64,000 nt of DNA from an uncultured Spirochaetota bacterium (lineage in GTDB: Bacteria > Spirochaetota > Brevinematia > Brevinematales > JAOACQ01): the NCBI GenBank assembly GCA_963768055.1, contig CAVYGN010000002.1, positions 1,184,001 through 1,248,000 of the forward strand, given 5' to 3'. Positions 17,401 through 27,074 of the stretch are shown here, in pieces. The position numbers were made by a program, and so were the translations under genes. The notes beneath the pieces are model-generated. The model saw only the letters and a list, made by a program, of their open reading frames with translations. It was not told the origin of the DNA and ran no database searches. Each line of letters begins with the position of its first letter. Positions within the stretch are counted from its first letter, which is position 1.

Positions 17401-20396
17401 TCCTTCCAGTGCCTGATAAAGGCGTTGAAAATAAAAATATTACGGGCCCTCCATTCCCTGGCATTAAGGTTTTCCATGAGGCGCAGTCCCAACAGGCCGA
17501 AGCGGTAGCCGTTCTCTATATCCCCCAAAACCCCGCAAAGTATGATACCGTATCCTGAATAACTGCTTGTGGCCACGGAGGTATTGCCGTAATTTATGGA
17601 TAACTGGAGGCTTTTCATTATCAGTAATGCGAAGAGGGAGGGAATTGTCATATAAAGGCTGGCCGTCAGAATATGAATTATCATCAAGAGGTCGAGTTTT
17701 TCCGGATCGGTCATCCTGGGTAGATTAAGGAGGCTTTCAATATTTTTTCCTTTCAGGATAAGTTTTGTATTAAGTAATTCCAGGATAATATTCAATACGC
17801 CCGGATTCCCGGGAAGCCTCTCTCCAAGGAGATTGAGGCTGTGCAGGCCGGTCTGAATAGCCTTCAGGGGCTGATTCTGGGCTATATATGAATGCATTCT
17901 GGAAAGGTAGATATTTACCTTGTCATGAACCGTACGGGCATTTCCGAGCAATGTTTCTGCCAGATTTTCCATTTCAGCAAACTCTGTGGAAAGATATGCC
18001 GCCTCGACAGCCTCGCTGAAGAGCGTAAGAGCGAGGGAGTATTGCGTATTCCAGCAATCCTTCTCCAGGCAGGAAATACCCGTCTTAAGGTATCTATATG
18101 CCTGCTCATATGCCGCCGACGCCCTCGCCTTCCGGCCGGCAATAAGGTTCATTCCGGCGAGCCTCTTTCGTTCTTCATTGTCTTCGATAAGTTCCCGCCC
18201 CAGATTAAAGTGATGGACTATCTCGAAGACATGCTCTTCAAGGGCCTCCGGCGGCGTGTGGGCCAGTATGGACCTGCCTGCCCTGAGGTGGAGGACCTGC
18301 TTCTGCGAATCATCGATCAAAGAATAAGAAGCCTGCTGTACCCGGTCATGGAGAAACCTGTATCCGGGGGCGGCAGCTGAAAAATCAATATCCGTATCTC
18401 CGGTAAGCACGAATTTGTAAGACTTGTCCGCAGGGACGGCAAGCCCTTCTTCAAGGGCAGGCCATAAAAAACGGGCTGTTTCCGGCACGAATTTCCCTGA
18501 GACAATTGATAAAGTCCGGAGATCGAATTGATTGCCGATGCAGGACGCATATTTCAGTATTTCCTGTGTGGCGGGAGGGAGTTTTTTTATCTTTCCGACC
18601 ATGAAATCGATGACGTTTTCTGTTATCTCATGTTCTTTAAGCTTGTCCATATCCCAATGCCAGCGCCTGTGTTCTGCATCGAATTCGATCAGGCCCTCCC
18701 TGTAGAGGGACAGCAGGAACTGGCTGAGGTAAAACGGGTTGCCGCGGGTCTTCTGATAACACAGGCCGGTCAGGTCTGCGGCGTCATTATCCGCGCAATG
18801 AAGAGCCTCGATTATGAGCCGGCTGATATGATTTATGGAAAGCGGGGACAGGATAATCCTGTTCAATAACGTACCGGCCTTCTCCATACGACCCAGGGCG
18901 ATCATAAGCGGATGTCCTTCTTCCACTTCATTGTCGCGGTAGGCGCCGATAAGAAGAAGGGAACAGTCCGAAGGGTCGCTCATGATGAATTCGATCAGCT
19001 GCAGCGAAGCCTGATCGGCCCACTGCAGGTCGTCGAGAAAGATTACTAAAGGATTGGATGGAAGTGCGAAGATCCGGACAAAATTCTGAAAGACGTAACG
19101 AAACCGGTTTTGCTCCTCTTCGGGTGAAAGAACGGGAATATACGCCTGGGCTCCTATGATCAGTTCCACTTCAGGGATGACCTCCGCCACCACTTTCCCG
19201 TTCGGTCCTAATGCCGCAAGTATTTTTTCCTTCCAAAGGGCTAAAGAAACATCGCCCTCAGAAAGAAGCTGCCGGATGAGCTGCCCGAATGCGTAGATCA
19301 GCGGGGCGTAAGGAATATTGCGGTGAAGCTGGTCGAACTTTCCTTCAATAAAATATCCCTGTTTCTTCACGATGGACCTCTGGATTTCATGGACGACCGC
19401 CGTCTTGCCGATCCCCGCGTAGCCAGTCAGCAGCATGATCTCCGCCCTGCCCGAGGACGACCGTTCGAAGACATCAAGCAGAAGACTGATCTCCTTATCC
19501 CGGCCGTAAAGCTTCTGAGGGATCTGGAATTCTTCGGGGAAGTCATCCCCGCCAAGCTCGAACTGCTCAGAGTCAGGCCAGGTTTCTAAACATCTTTTCA
19601 GATCGGCTGTCAGGCCGTAATCGCTCTGGTAACGGTCCTCAGCCATCTTCGATATAAGCTTCATAATAATTAAAGAGAGAACGGGAGGGATCGCCGGGTT
19701 CAGTTCGTGCGGGACTGCAGGCGTTTTAGCGATATGGCTGTGAACCAGTTCCAGCGGGTCCGCGCTGTTAAAGGGGAGAGTTCCGGTAAACATCAAGTAA
19801 AATGTTACGCCCAGGGAATACATATCGGTCCGGTAATCCAGGGCGCGGTTCATGCGCCCCGTCTGCTCAGGAGAAATGTACTCAAGAGTTCCCTCCAGGG
19901 AACCGGGATTAAGGATTGCGGTTATCTCGCGGCTCAGTTCAGTAGAAATTCCGAAATCGATTATCTTTACAGTATTTTTCTTCTGGTTCCATAGTATATT
20001 TGAGGGATTGATGTCCTTGTGGATGACCCGCTGCCGGTGGATGATTCCGAGGCATTCCGCGATCCTGACGGCCAGCTTCAAAAGGCCTGCGATATCAAGC
20101 CGGATAGCAGGCAGCAGTGAAGCCAGCGATTCGCCGCCGAAATCCTCCTCGACGATGAAGAATGTGTTTTTGTATTTCTGCAGGTCATAAAACCGGATCG
20201 CCCCGTCTCCTTTCATCTTCTTCGTCATCTCATACTCATGCAGGAAGCGCGAGCACTCCTCCTGCCCTGGATGATCCATGTCGAGAAGCTTTATGATCAC
20301 GGGCAGGCCGTCAGATTCCCTTACCGCATTGTAGATAGAAGTACGGGCGCCCGAATAAATGTTTTTGTTAATGCGGAAAGAAGGTAATGAAATCAT
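14457..20396 (-). CDS. Hybrid Ser/Thr kinase-AAA ATPase-GAF-PAS-PAS-histidine kinase (1979 aa)
   Basis: HKDINPSN, DFG, SPEQTGRMN; Walker A GYAGIGKT, LDDLQWAD; GAF; two PAS; FLANMSHEIRTPMN, DTGIGI, GLGL. Confidence 0.93.
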   Translation of the reverse strand: MISLPSFRINKNIYSGARTSIYNAVRESDGLPVIIKLLDMDHPGQEECSRFLHEYEMTKKMKGDGAIRFYDLQKYKNTFFIVEEDFGGESLASLLPAIRLDIAGLLKLAVRIAECLGIIHRQRVIHKDINPSNILWNQKKNTVKIIDFGISTELSREITAILNPGSLEGTLEYISPEQTGRMNRALDYRTDMYSLGVTFYLMFTGTLPFNSADPLELVHSHIAKTPAVPHELNPAIPPVLSLIIMKLISKMAEDRYQSDYGLTADLKRCLETWPDSEQFELGGDDFPEEFQIPQKLYGRDKEISLLLDVFERSSSGRAEIMLLTGYAGIGKTAVVHEIQRSIVKKQGYFIEGKFDQLHRNIPYAPLIYAFGQLIRQLLSEGDVSLALWKEKILAALGPNGKVVAEVIPEVELIIGAQAYIPVLSPEEEQNRFRYVFQNFVRIFALPSNPLVIFLDDLQWADQASLQLIEFIMSDPSDCSLLLIGAYRDNEVEEGHPLMIALGRMEKAGTLLNRIILSPLSINHISRLIIEALHCADNDAADLTGLCYQKTRGNPFYLSQFLLSLYREGLIEFDAEHRRWHWDMDKLKEHEITENVIDFMVGKIKKLPPATQEILKYASCIGNQFDLRTLSIVSGKFVPETARFLWPALEEGLAVPADKSYKFVLTGDTDIDFSAAAPGYRFLHDRVQQASYSLIDDSQKQVLHLRAGRSILAHTPPEALEEHVFEIVHHFNLGRELIEDNEERKRLAGMNLIAGRKARASAAYEQAYRYLKTGISCLEKDCWNTQYSLALTLFSEAVEAAYLSTEFAEMENLAETLLGNARTVHDKVNIYLSRMHSYIAQNQPLKAIQTGLHSLNLLGERLPGNPGVLNIILELLNTKLILKGKNIESLLNLPRMTDPEKLDLLMIIHILTASLYMTIPSLFALLIMKSLQLSINYGNTSVATSSYSGYGIILCGVLGDIENGYRFGLLGLRLMENLNAREWRARNIFIFNAFIRHWKDHLRKTLAPLHEAYQTGLETGDLEDAAFSAEVYCIHAFYAGIPLSRLEAEMAGFGETVSRLKQFMQVNVIRICRQTVKNLLGNEMNPARLTGEFYNEDEMLPLHIEAGDRTSIVYMYITKAVLGFMFGEYNDAAGNARKAREYLDGVRSTMMNPVFFFYDSLISLAMIPAMIRPEKRKSLRKVVRNQKMLKKWSLHAPENTRHKWLLVEAELSRIEGRKHDAIKFFKEAILLARENEFVNEEALANELTALFWLGGGDEEIAGLFMREAHYCYNRWGAKAKADQLKSTYPQLLAGSAEKQTNAGVLDLESVIKTSQAISSEVDLDNLLRKVMSILIENAGAQEGCLILKNNGRLMVRARIEEGMDSATLPENLPAEDCGFLSRAIVNYVDRTHESVVLNNALVDAMFMRDPYIIREKPLSILCTPVMQHGEIVGILYMENNQVTAAFTRDRMEVLRILTSQAAISIQNALFYAERKQTEEALRESEEKYRGILENMSEVYYEVDLNGSFIFFNDAGCELLGYSREECLGMNYREYMDKKNAKKIFTLFSKIYRGEIEKGLLYYEIIRKNRDIRTMEGSVMLIKDREGKPAGFRGIQRDVTERKRAEEELRLAEAKYRSIFDNSSDGIYQITPDGRILIANPAIARILGYDSPEEMIAGNKDLIRNLKQDFYVNPAITKDFLKLMLKQGYVTDFEFGAYKKDRSIIDVSVHSHVIRDKKGHILYFEGVLEDITEKKRIKELEIAKEVAEEATKSKSEFLANMSHEIRTPMNAIIGFSQILNEQYYGPLNENQKGYVDDILDSGHHLLSLINDLLDLSKIEADKMTLDKSLFHIGPVIANSLNMIREKCLKNNIGLELQLHPSIEGLEIEADERRIKQILYNLLSNSSKYTPDGGLIRVTGEISGDDVVISVIDTGIGIPQDQFENIFETFYQIPYKNLSKEPGSGLGLPLSRKFAELHNGSLRAESEGPGKGSKFIVRIPFK

Positions 20397-20401
20397 AAAT
20401 C

Positions 20402-20431
20402 TCCTTCCAGTGCCTGATAAAGGTGTTGAAA
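20402..20431. repeat. 30-bp copy of kinase-internal sequence 17401-17430
   Basis: TCCTTCCAGTGCCTGATAAAGG(C/T)GTTGAAA, 29/30 identical. Confidence 0.85.
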
Positions 20432-20585
20432 CATGGAATTCGTACGATAAGACGGTTACTTACAAATTTGTATTATAAAAGAATGAAGATTATAGATATA
20501 ATTATTATTGGATATTATAATATGCATTAATAGTTTGTCCAGTATTTTTATTTTTACAAGCGGTTTGAATTTTTGGAGGCTTTGT

Positions 20586-20750
20586 ATGGCCGAAGAAAAG
20601 ATAGGCAATGTTCCCTGCCCCCCTGAGGCATGTCCCCACTGCGGAAGTCTTGAATGGAAGCCGAAATATATTACTGATGATAAAGGAAATGATATCGGCT
20701 TTTGTACAAAGTGCGGATATCATGGGGTCACAGAACCGCTTAAACATTGA
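20586..20750 (+). CDS. 54-aa zinc-ribbon-like small protein
   Basis: GGAGG RBS; CPHCG...CTKCG knuckle pair. Confidence 0.75.
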   Translation: MAEEKIGNVPCPPEACPHCGSLEWKPKYITDDKGNDIGFCTKCGYHGVTEPLKH

Positions 20751-20812
20751 GAACAATTTGTTAATACTTATAATTATGATTAATTCCTGCTTTTGTTTTC
20801 TCTGAAGAAAAT

Positions 20813-21436
20813 CTATTCGATGCGGTTTTGAGGATATCCGACTGTCTGCCCGAAGAGCACACGCTGGTCGGGGCGTAATTTTAATTTTGACTCGAGGCCG
20901 GCCCTATTACAATTATGGAACCATGAGGCCAGGCCCTGTGAAGAGGCAAATAAATAAATATTACCCGCGATAATACCGGTATCGACATAATAATATGATT
21001 TTTGAACTTCAGGATCCTGCAGCCCGGGTTCCTGATAACCTGCTGTATTGTAAAGTTTGTTTAAATCTGCGATGTAGATGATATGAAGGGGCGCCCTGGC
21101 AGCAAAATCCGATTGGCCTTCACCAATCGCCAGGTACCGCAGGTCTTCTAATATAACCGGTGCCAGCCTGTGTTGAAAAGCATCGTATAAATAAATCCCA
21201 TCCTGCATAGCCGCATAAAGATCGATTTCCTGTGAATTACTCGCCGATGCAGCCGTTCTTCCTCCAATTCCAAACGGTCCTTTTTTTCGGTTTATCCCAT
21301 TCGCGGCCCAGAGAAGATTTGAAAGTACCTGCAGGGGGATCTTTTTTTCGTTTATTTCACGGATGGTTTTTCTTTGTTTTAAAGCCCTGAATACCTCGCC
21401 GCCGCGATCAAACTTTGGTTTCGGCAGTTCTGTCAT
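20813..21436 (-). CDS. Nitroreductase/SagB-family oxidoreductase
   Basis: ALKQRKTIRE, LLWAANGIN, RTAASASN, DTGIIAGNIYL. Confidence 0.88.
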   Translation of the reverse strand: MTELPKPKFDRGGEVFRALKQRKTIREINEKKIPLQVLSNLLWAANGINRKKGPFGIGGRTAASASNSQEIDLYAAMQDGIYLYDAFQHRLAPVILEDLRYLAIGEGQSDFAARAPLHIIYIADLNKLYNTAGYQEPGLQDPEVQKSYYYVDTGIIAGNIYLFASSQGLASWFHNCNRAGLESKLKLRPDQRVLFGQTVGYPQNRIE

Positions 21437-22248
21437 TGGAACCTCCCCTGATTTTTGAACCCGTACATATTAAAGAGGGTCTTTCCCATAATTCCGATAG
21501 TTGATCTTCTTGGAATCAGCCGGCGTATTATAAAATCTGCAAGTATGTTCCCCATGCCGGGAATCGAGACCGGTTTTTTCCCGATATCCCTGAGGGCGGT
21601 ATTAGCGACAAAACCCGGATCCATTGCCCTGATTTTACGGCCTTGCAAGCTTTGACGGTAGTTAGGGGTGTCGGTCGCCCCGGCCGCACATGCCAGTACA
21701 TCGATGCCGAATGGTTTAAATTCATACCATAATCCTTCGGCCAATATCAGGTTCCATGCCTTGGTTGCGGCATAGTTCACGATCAATGGAGAGCCTTGAG
21801 AGGAACTTAGGCTTGACATGAGAATAATCCCGCCGCAGCCACGCTTGATAAATCTTTCGCCGAACAAGTATGATAGAGTAAGCGGCCCTTTGCAGTTGAT
21901 ATCAATTTCCTTATGGTGCTGCTCCAGGGGATTATCCAGAAATGGGCCTATCAAGGACAGGGCTGCATTATAAACTACCAGCCCGATATCGAGGCCGGCT
22001 GTCATTTTATTGATTTCCGATATTCTCATTGTTTCGGATAAATCAAAATTTATTGTACGGATGCTGATATGGTACAAGTCCTCCAGTTTTCGAGCAACCT
22101 CTTTCATGAGTCCTTCGCGCCGTGCGATCAGGACAAGGTTCAAACCGATCCCGGCCAGTGAATCTGCAAAAGATTCTCCCAGGCCCGAAGAGGCCCCCGC
22201 GATAAGAGCCCATGGGCCGTATTTTTTCATAAAAGCGTCTTTTTTCAT
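21433..22248 (-). CDS. SDR oxidoreductase (17beta-HSD/DltE-like)
   Basis: YGPWALIAGASSGLG, YNAA, YAATK. Confidence 0.92.
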   Translation of the reverse strand: MKKDAFMKKYGPWALIAGASSGLGESFADSLAGIGLNLVLIARREGLMKEVARKLEDLYHISIRTINFDLSETMRISEINKMTAGLDIGLVVYNAALSLIGPFLDNPLEQHHKEIDINCKGPLTLSYLFGERFIKRGCGGIILMSSLSSSQGSPLIVNYAATKAWNLILAEGLWYEFKPFGIDVLACAAGATDTPNYRQSLQGRKIRAMDPGFVANTALRDIGKKPVSIPGMGNILADFIIRRLIPRRSTIGIMGKTLFNMYGFKNQGRFQ

Positions 22249-22253
22249 AATCG

Positions 22254-22769
22254 TTATTCCATTGCCCGGGTAAAAGGATGCCCGTTCTTAGACATACGCC
22301 AGATAACGTATATAGGAAACAGGAACCAGGGTAGATTCGCCATTAAGACCATAGGAAGGTCGGGCGTAGGATAAGATCCGCAGATCTCTTCGCCGAAGAT
22401 GATAATAACATTGGTGATTAGCATAGTACTTGTAATAATAGAGGGTATCCTGATCCATTCCCGGCCTTTGATAAATGCATAGATGGCGGCGATGTAATAA
22501 GGCCCGAAAATAATCACGTCGATCCAGATAGTCATTTTCCACCACACCGGCCGTGCAAATAACAACGGATCGAAACTCTTTCCATACCAGTGAACCAGAT
22601 CGACAACAATTTTAGGAGGCCAGACAGGATAAGTAAAGTTCGAAGCGTTCGCTACAACGACCTGTTCCAGGTCGAAGAGGTATGTAATAAAGATTATGTT
22701 GATCAAATAGAAAACAATAATCGCTATATCCCCTTTTCTCATATGCAGCGGGATTGTTTTACGGTTCAT
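22254..22769 (-). CDS. EXPERA-domain (emopamil-binding/sterol isomerase-like) membrane protein
   Basis: 4 TM; WYGKSFDPL, WIDVIIFGPYY, ANLPWFLFP; GGAGG RBS before 22769. Confidence 0.75.
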   Translation of the reverse strand: MNRKTIPLHMRKGDIAIIVFYLINIIFITYLFDLEQVVVANASNFTYPVWPPKIVVDLVHWYGKSFDPLLFARPVWWKMTIWIDVIIFGPYYIAAIYAFIKGREWIRIPSIITSTMLITNVIIIFGEEICGSYPTPDLPMVLMANLPWFLFPIYVIWRMSKNGHPFTRAME

Positions 22770-22927
22770 AATATCGTTCCTCCGCCAGATATCTAAACTC
22801 AATATTATATTTTTGTCAATATTTTACATGTTTATTTCCATGTTGTAAAATGAAACCTCCGGCCCATTGCGGTGAGTTATAATATCTGTTATAATTCAAT
22901 ATGGATTTTACAGAGAGGTCCTAATCT

Positions 22928-23398
22928 ATGGTCCCGGGAAACGGCTGGATCCTGCCGGCATTGATCATGGCCCCTAATGTCTTATTCCTGTTTTTTTTAC
23001 CGGTGGACGCCCCGATAAAGGAAAATCCGGATAAATTCGGCCGGTTTATGATAATTCTTGAAAGAACCGGCCAGGCGGGAGTCGTTATTATTCCCTTCTT
23101 TTACAATTTCCAGTTTCAGCCGGGCACTATTTTAGAAAAAACCGGCCTTGCCGCTGCAGTTCTCAGCCTTATTTTCTACTATTCGGGATGGCTCCGTTAT
23201 TTCCTGCTGGGAAGGCATTTCCGTCTCCTTTTTGAACCGATGTTAATAATCCCTCTGCCGATGGCTGTCAGTCCTGTTATTTGCTTTATATCCGGCTCTA
23301 TTGTTCTGTCGTCATTTCCCCTGTTCATTGCGGCGGTAATTTTGGCGGCGGGGCACTTGTATAATTCCGCCGTAACTTTGAGTTCCATAAGAAATTAA
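22928..23398 (+). CDS. Hypothetical membrane protein
   Basis: 156-aa hydrophobic ORF with GAGG RBS. Confidence 0.7.
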   Translation: MVPGNGWILPALIMAPNVLFLFFLPVDAPIKENPDKFGRFMIILERTGQAGVVIIPFFYNFQFQPGTILEKTGLAAAVLSLIFYYSGWLRYFLLGRHFRLLFEPMLIIPLPMAVSPVICFISGSIVLSSFPLFIAAVILAAGHLYNSAVTLSSIRN

Positions 23399-23412
23399 GA
23401 GAGGCCTATTTG

Positions 23413-24132
23413 ATGAAAAAGCTGTTAATAATCGTCCTTCTCGCAATTCCGGCGTTTGCTTTCTCAGATGAGACTTTGATTGAAGCCGCTACAAACGGCG
23501 ATCTTTCGTTTTTCGAAAATTATAAAGGCGATATTAACCTGCCTCTTGACAATGACGGCTGGACGGTTTTAATGGAAGCGGCGGCTTACGGCAAAACGGA
23601 TATTGTTAAACATTTGATCGGGTCGAAGGCAAATGTAAACGCGGTGAACAAGCTTGGTTATACAGCTTTGATGCTTGCCGCCATTAAGGGCCAAACCGGA
23701 GCGGCCAGGCTTTTAATTTCGGCAAAGTCCGATGTCAACGCCGCGAATAATGACGGTTTTACCGCTTTAATGGGAGCTGCCGAAGAAGGCCAGACTGAAG
23801 TAGTTAATGCATTGATCTCGGCAAAAGTATTCGTAGATGCGGCGGATAAAAACGGGCAGACCGCTTTGATGTGGGCGATATATTTGAACTTTATCGAACA
23901 TAAGGATACGGTCGAAGCATTGATCAGGGCAAAATCCAATGTTAACTGGAGGGATAAGGAAGGTTATACGGCTTTAATGTATGCAGTAGTAAGGGATCAG
24001 TCCGACATAGTCAAAATTTTGCTCTCTGCCGGGGCCGAAGTCAACGCGCTGAACAATGGCGGAACTACCGCTTTATCACTTGCTAAAGATCCGACTATTA
24101 TCAATATTTTAAAATTGGCCGGGGGTAGATAA
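23413..24132 (+). CDS. Secreted ankyrin-repeat protein
   Basis: Signal peptide; repeated G(W/Y/F/Q)T(A/V)LMxAA...ADVNA units. Confidence 0.92.
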   Translation: MKKLLIIVLLAIPAFAFSDETLIEAATNGDLSFFENYKGDINLPLDNDGWTVLMEAAAYGKTDIVKHLIGSKANVNAVNKLGYTALMLAAIKGQTGAARLLISAKSDVNAANNDGFTALMGAAEEGQTEVVNALISAKVFVDAADKNGQTALMWAIYLNFIEHKDTVEALIRAKSNVNWRDKEGYTALMYAVVRDQSDIVKILLSAGAEVNALNNGGTTALSLAKDPTIINILKLAGGR

Positions 24133-24220
24133 CTCAGTACGGGAGTTTTTTAAGACACCAAGGATTGGCTGGTTTTATAAAAAGTCAACTCAATCGTGTC
24201 AACAGATAAGATAGCCGCGA

Positions 24221-26077
24221 TTATTTTCCTTTAAACATATACCTCTTGACTTTATTGCTTGAAGTCATCGGCAGTTCTTTATCAAGTATCTCAAATCCTT
24301 TGACTTTTTTATAATCCGCCATGGTACTGGTTTTTTCTTTAATTTCCATAGAGATGAGTTCCCGGATATCGGAATTATCCAGTTTTTTCTGCGTTTCTTT
24401 TTCAAGTACGGAAATAGCATCAAAATTAGGATAAATAAAAGCATAGGGGTATTCGCCCGAATTGCCCTCCGATTTAGGAATGACTACTACTTCTGAAATG
24501 TATTCGCTTTCCAGGAGATTGTTTTCTATCTCCTCCGGATAGATATTTTTTCCACCCCTGGTAACAATAATATTTTTCATTCTTCCCCTGATTGAAATGT
24601 AGCCGTCTTTATCTATCCTGGCTATGTCGCCTGTATGAAGATAACCATTGTGATCTATAACCTCAGAGGTTAATTTTGGATCGTGGTAATAACCCAGCAT
24701 TATATGAGGGCCCCTGGTTAATAGTTCTCCGTCCCCGTTTTGATCCGGTTTATCGATTTTAACTTCCACATTGCAGAGCGGCAGGCCGACCGTTCCCGCA
24801 CGATTATTTTCCGGTACCGTGGCGGAAATGACAGGCGAACATTCAGTTAAACCATAACCCTGCATTATGGTCAATCCCAGAGTTTCCATTCCGTCTATGA
24901 TTTCTTTTGGAATGGGACCGGCGCCGGAAATAAAGAATTTCAGATTTATTACGCCCAATTGTTTACGGATGCTTTTAAATAGTACCGGGCCGATTTTAAT
25001 TTGGAAAAATTTGTAGAAAAAACGGCTGATTCCGAAAAGAATTCTGAAAATCATATAAACTGCCAATCCCTTCTCACGGGCGCCGGTAAAGATGTTTTTA
25101 TAAATCTTTTCAATTAATACGGGGACCGCCGGGATGCATGTCGCACCGGTTTCCCGCATTGTCTGGATCAGGATATTCGGCCGTAATGTCGGGACAGTAG
25201 TTATCGTTGCATATGTAAGAATCGGTAAAATTACCCCAAGGATAGTAGGATAAGCATGATGGTAAGGCAGGACGATGATCCAGTTATCGCCCGGCCCCAA
25301 TTCAGTAACCATGTTCAGCCCATCGGCGTTTGTAATTAAATTTTTATGCGAGAGCATAACACCCTTGGGCTTACCTGTGGTCCCTGAAGTGAATATCAGG
25401 GCTGCCAGGTCCTGCGGTAAAACCTCTGCTTTCTCATAGTATAAATGACCATCGGCTATCAATTTTTTTCCCAGGCGGACTAAAGAATCAAAATATACAA
25501 ACCTGGCATGACGAAAAGGTATCTGATCAGCGAATTCCCTTGCCTCAACAACTTTTAATTCTTCCCTGAAGGCATGAATTTCGGAAAAATCGGGATTTTT
25601 CCCATAAAGTCTTTCCACATCTGCCCCGAGAACCGGGTCTTCGTCAAAAAGAATTATCTGTTTAAGCCGGTGCGACTTTTGTTTGGCATGCAGTACCTTT
25701 TCCAGATGGGTGCTGGAGGTAAATACCAGTTTTGTCCCGCTGGCCTTGATGATTTCTGATAATTCGTTCTGTTTTAAAAGGATATCGAAAGGGGTTATCA
25801 CAGCTCCGATATAGGTGACCGCAAGGTAAGTCAGGGTCCATTCGGTGCGATTTTCAGAAATTACCCCGACAGGTTCACCTTTTTTTACCCCCATGCTGAT
25901 CAAAGCATTGGCTATTGCACGTACTGTTTCCCTCAGTTCGCCGTAACTATATTTTTTATAACCGACATTAAGTTTCATTTGAAGGGCAGTCAAACCCAAT
26001 TTTTCATTTTCAAAACGATCGATGATTTCGCGGATGGAAGTTCTACCGGCTGTTTCCCTGATTTTATTTGAAATCAT
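24221..26077 (-). CDS. Long-chain fatty acid-CoA ligase (AMP-binding)
   Basis: IFTSGTTGKPKG, QGYGLTE, TGDIARID, GKNIYPEEIE. Confidence 0.92.
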   Translation of the reverse strand: MISNKIRETAGRTSIREIIDRFENEKLGLTALQMKLNVGYKKYSYGELRETVRAIANALISMGVKKGEPVGVISENRTEWTLTYLAVTYIGAVITPFDILLKQNELSEIIKASGTKLVFTSSTHLEKVLHAKQKSHRLKQIILFDEDPVLGADVERLYGKNPDFSEIHAFREELKVVEAREFADQIPFRHARFVYFDSLVRLGKKLIADGHLYYEKAEVLPQDLAALIFTSGTTGKPKGVMLSHKNLITNADGLNMVTELGPGDNWIIVLPYHHAYPTILGVILPILTYATITTVPTLRPNILIQTMRETGATCIPAVPVLIEKIYKNIFTGAREKGLAVYMIFRILFGISRFFYKFFQIKIGPVLFKSIRKQLGVINLKFFISGAGPIPKEIIDGMETLGLTIMQGYGLTECSPVISATVPENNRAGTVGLPLCNVEVKIDKPDQNGDGELLTRGPHIMLGYYHDPKLTSEVIDHNGYLHTGDIARIDKDGYISIRGRMKNIIVTRGGKNIYPEEIENNLLESEYISEVVVIPKSEGNSGEYPYAFIYPNFDAISVLEKETQKKLDNSDIRELISMEIKEKTSTMADYKKVKGFEILDKELPMTSSNKVKRYMFKGK

Positions 26078-26234
26078 AAACCTACTCCCAATAAAGGTTT
26101 TGATTTGAAATGCTAAAGAAATTCATAATTCATTGAATAATAATGATATAGTAAAAAACAAGCCGTAAAAAAGCAAGTAAAAGGAGGTTTTTATAAAAAA
26201 TTTCGCGAAGGTTTAGCGGCCTGCAGGCCCGGGG

Positions 26235-27074
26235 CTATTTCCAGACGCTTATTTCATCAAGTTCGCAAGAATTGTTATTATCCCCCGTCTCTTTTACCAG
26301 TATACCGGTTTCTTCATCGATCCAGAAAAAATAATCCTTATAAAAGATCTCCATGAGCATAGCCAGAAAAATATTTCCCATTGACCAGCTGAATTTAACT
26401 GTGTTGAATTTCCCGGCTTTTGTTTCGACAATTTCCCTTCCTTTGAAAATAAAACTTCCTACGAACGGGTCTTTTATCCAGTGCGGCACGACCATATTTA
26501 CGCTTCCAGGATTCGAAGGGTCAAGATAACGCAAGCCCAGATACATGACGGAGTTCCAGTTCCATACAGGATAACCGGGTTTAATTTTAAGAGTGCTTGA
26601 GGATGTTTTCAGGGTGCATCCATCCCAGTCTTTTTCGATATAATTAGCCTCCAGCGATTTCTCATCGATTTTCAATTCCGTAAAAACAATACCCTTTTTA
26701 TTATCTAGCACGGCATTGGTTTGATAATCCTCGAAGAAGTATTGTAGCGATCCGCTTTCCAGAGAAACGATCATTTTCGAGGGATAGTTAGTATAATGGT
26801 CCGGAATTTTGACTTTCGAACCGATTTTAACAAGGGTCATATAAGCGGTAATTTTTTTCGAATTATCATCAACAGTATTAACAATTGTAAAATCTCCTGT
26901 TTTCGTTCCTTTCTCCATCACTGAATATCTCAAAACCTCTCCATTTTGTATGGCTTTCGGGGTCGGTTTCATCGGATTGTCGGAATAATTCTTTCCCGGG
27001 CACATAGCGATTAAGATAAAAAATACCGAAATGAATATAAAGCCTCTTTTATTCAATTTTTCCATAAAAACCAT
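26235..27074 (-). CDS. Exported DUF3108-like protein, paralog of 35905 and 36795
   Basis: N-terminal hydrophobic segment; GEVLRY, LRYLD, IKDP, TKAGKF shared with the paralogs; AAGGAGG RBS. Confidence 0.7.
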   Translation of the reverse strand: MVFMEKLNKRGFIFISVFFILIAMCPGKNYSDNPMKPTPKAIQNGEVLRYSVMEKGTKTGDFTIVNTVDDNSKKITAYMTLVKIGSKVKIPDHYTNYPSKMIVSLESGSLQYFFEDYQTNAVLDNKKGIVFTELKIDEKSLEANYIEKDWDGCTLKTSSSTLKIKPGYPVWNWNSVMYLGLRYLDPSNPGSVNMVVPHWIKDPFVGSFIFKGREIVETKAGKFNTVKFSWSMGNIFLAMLMEIFYKDYFFWIDEETGILVKETGDNNNSCELDEISVWK

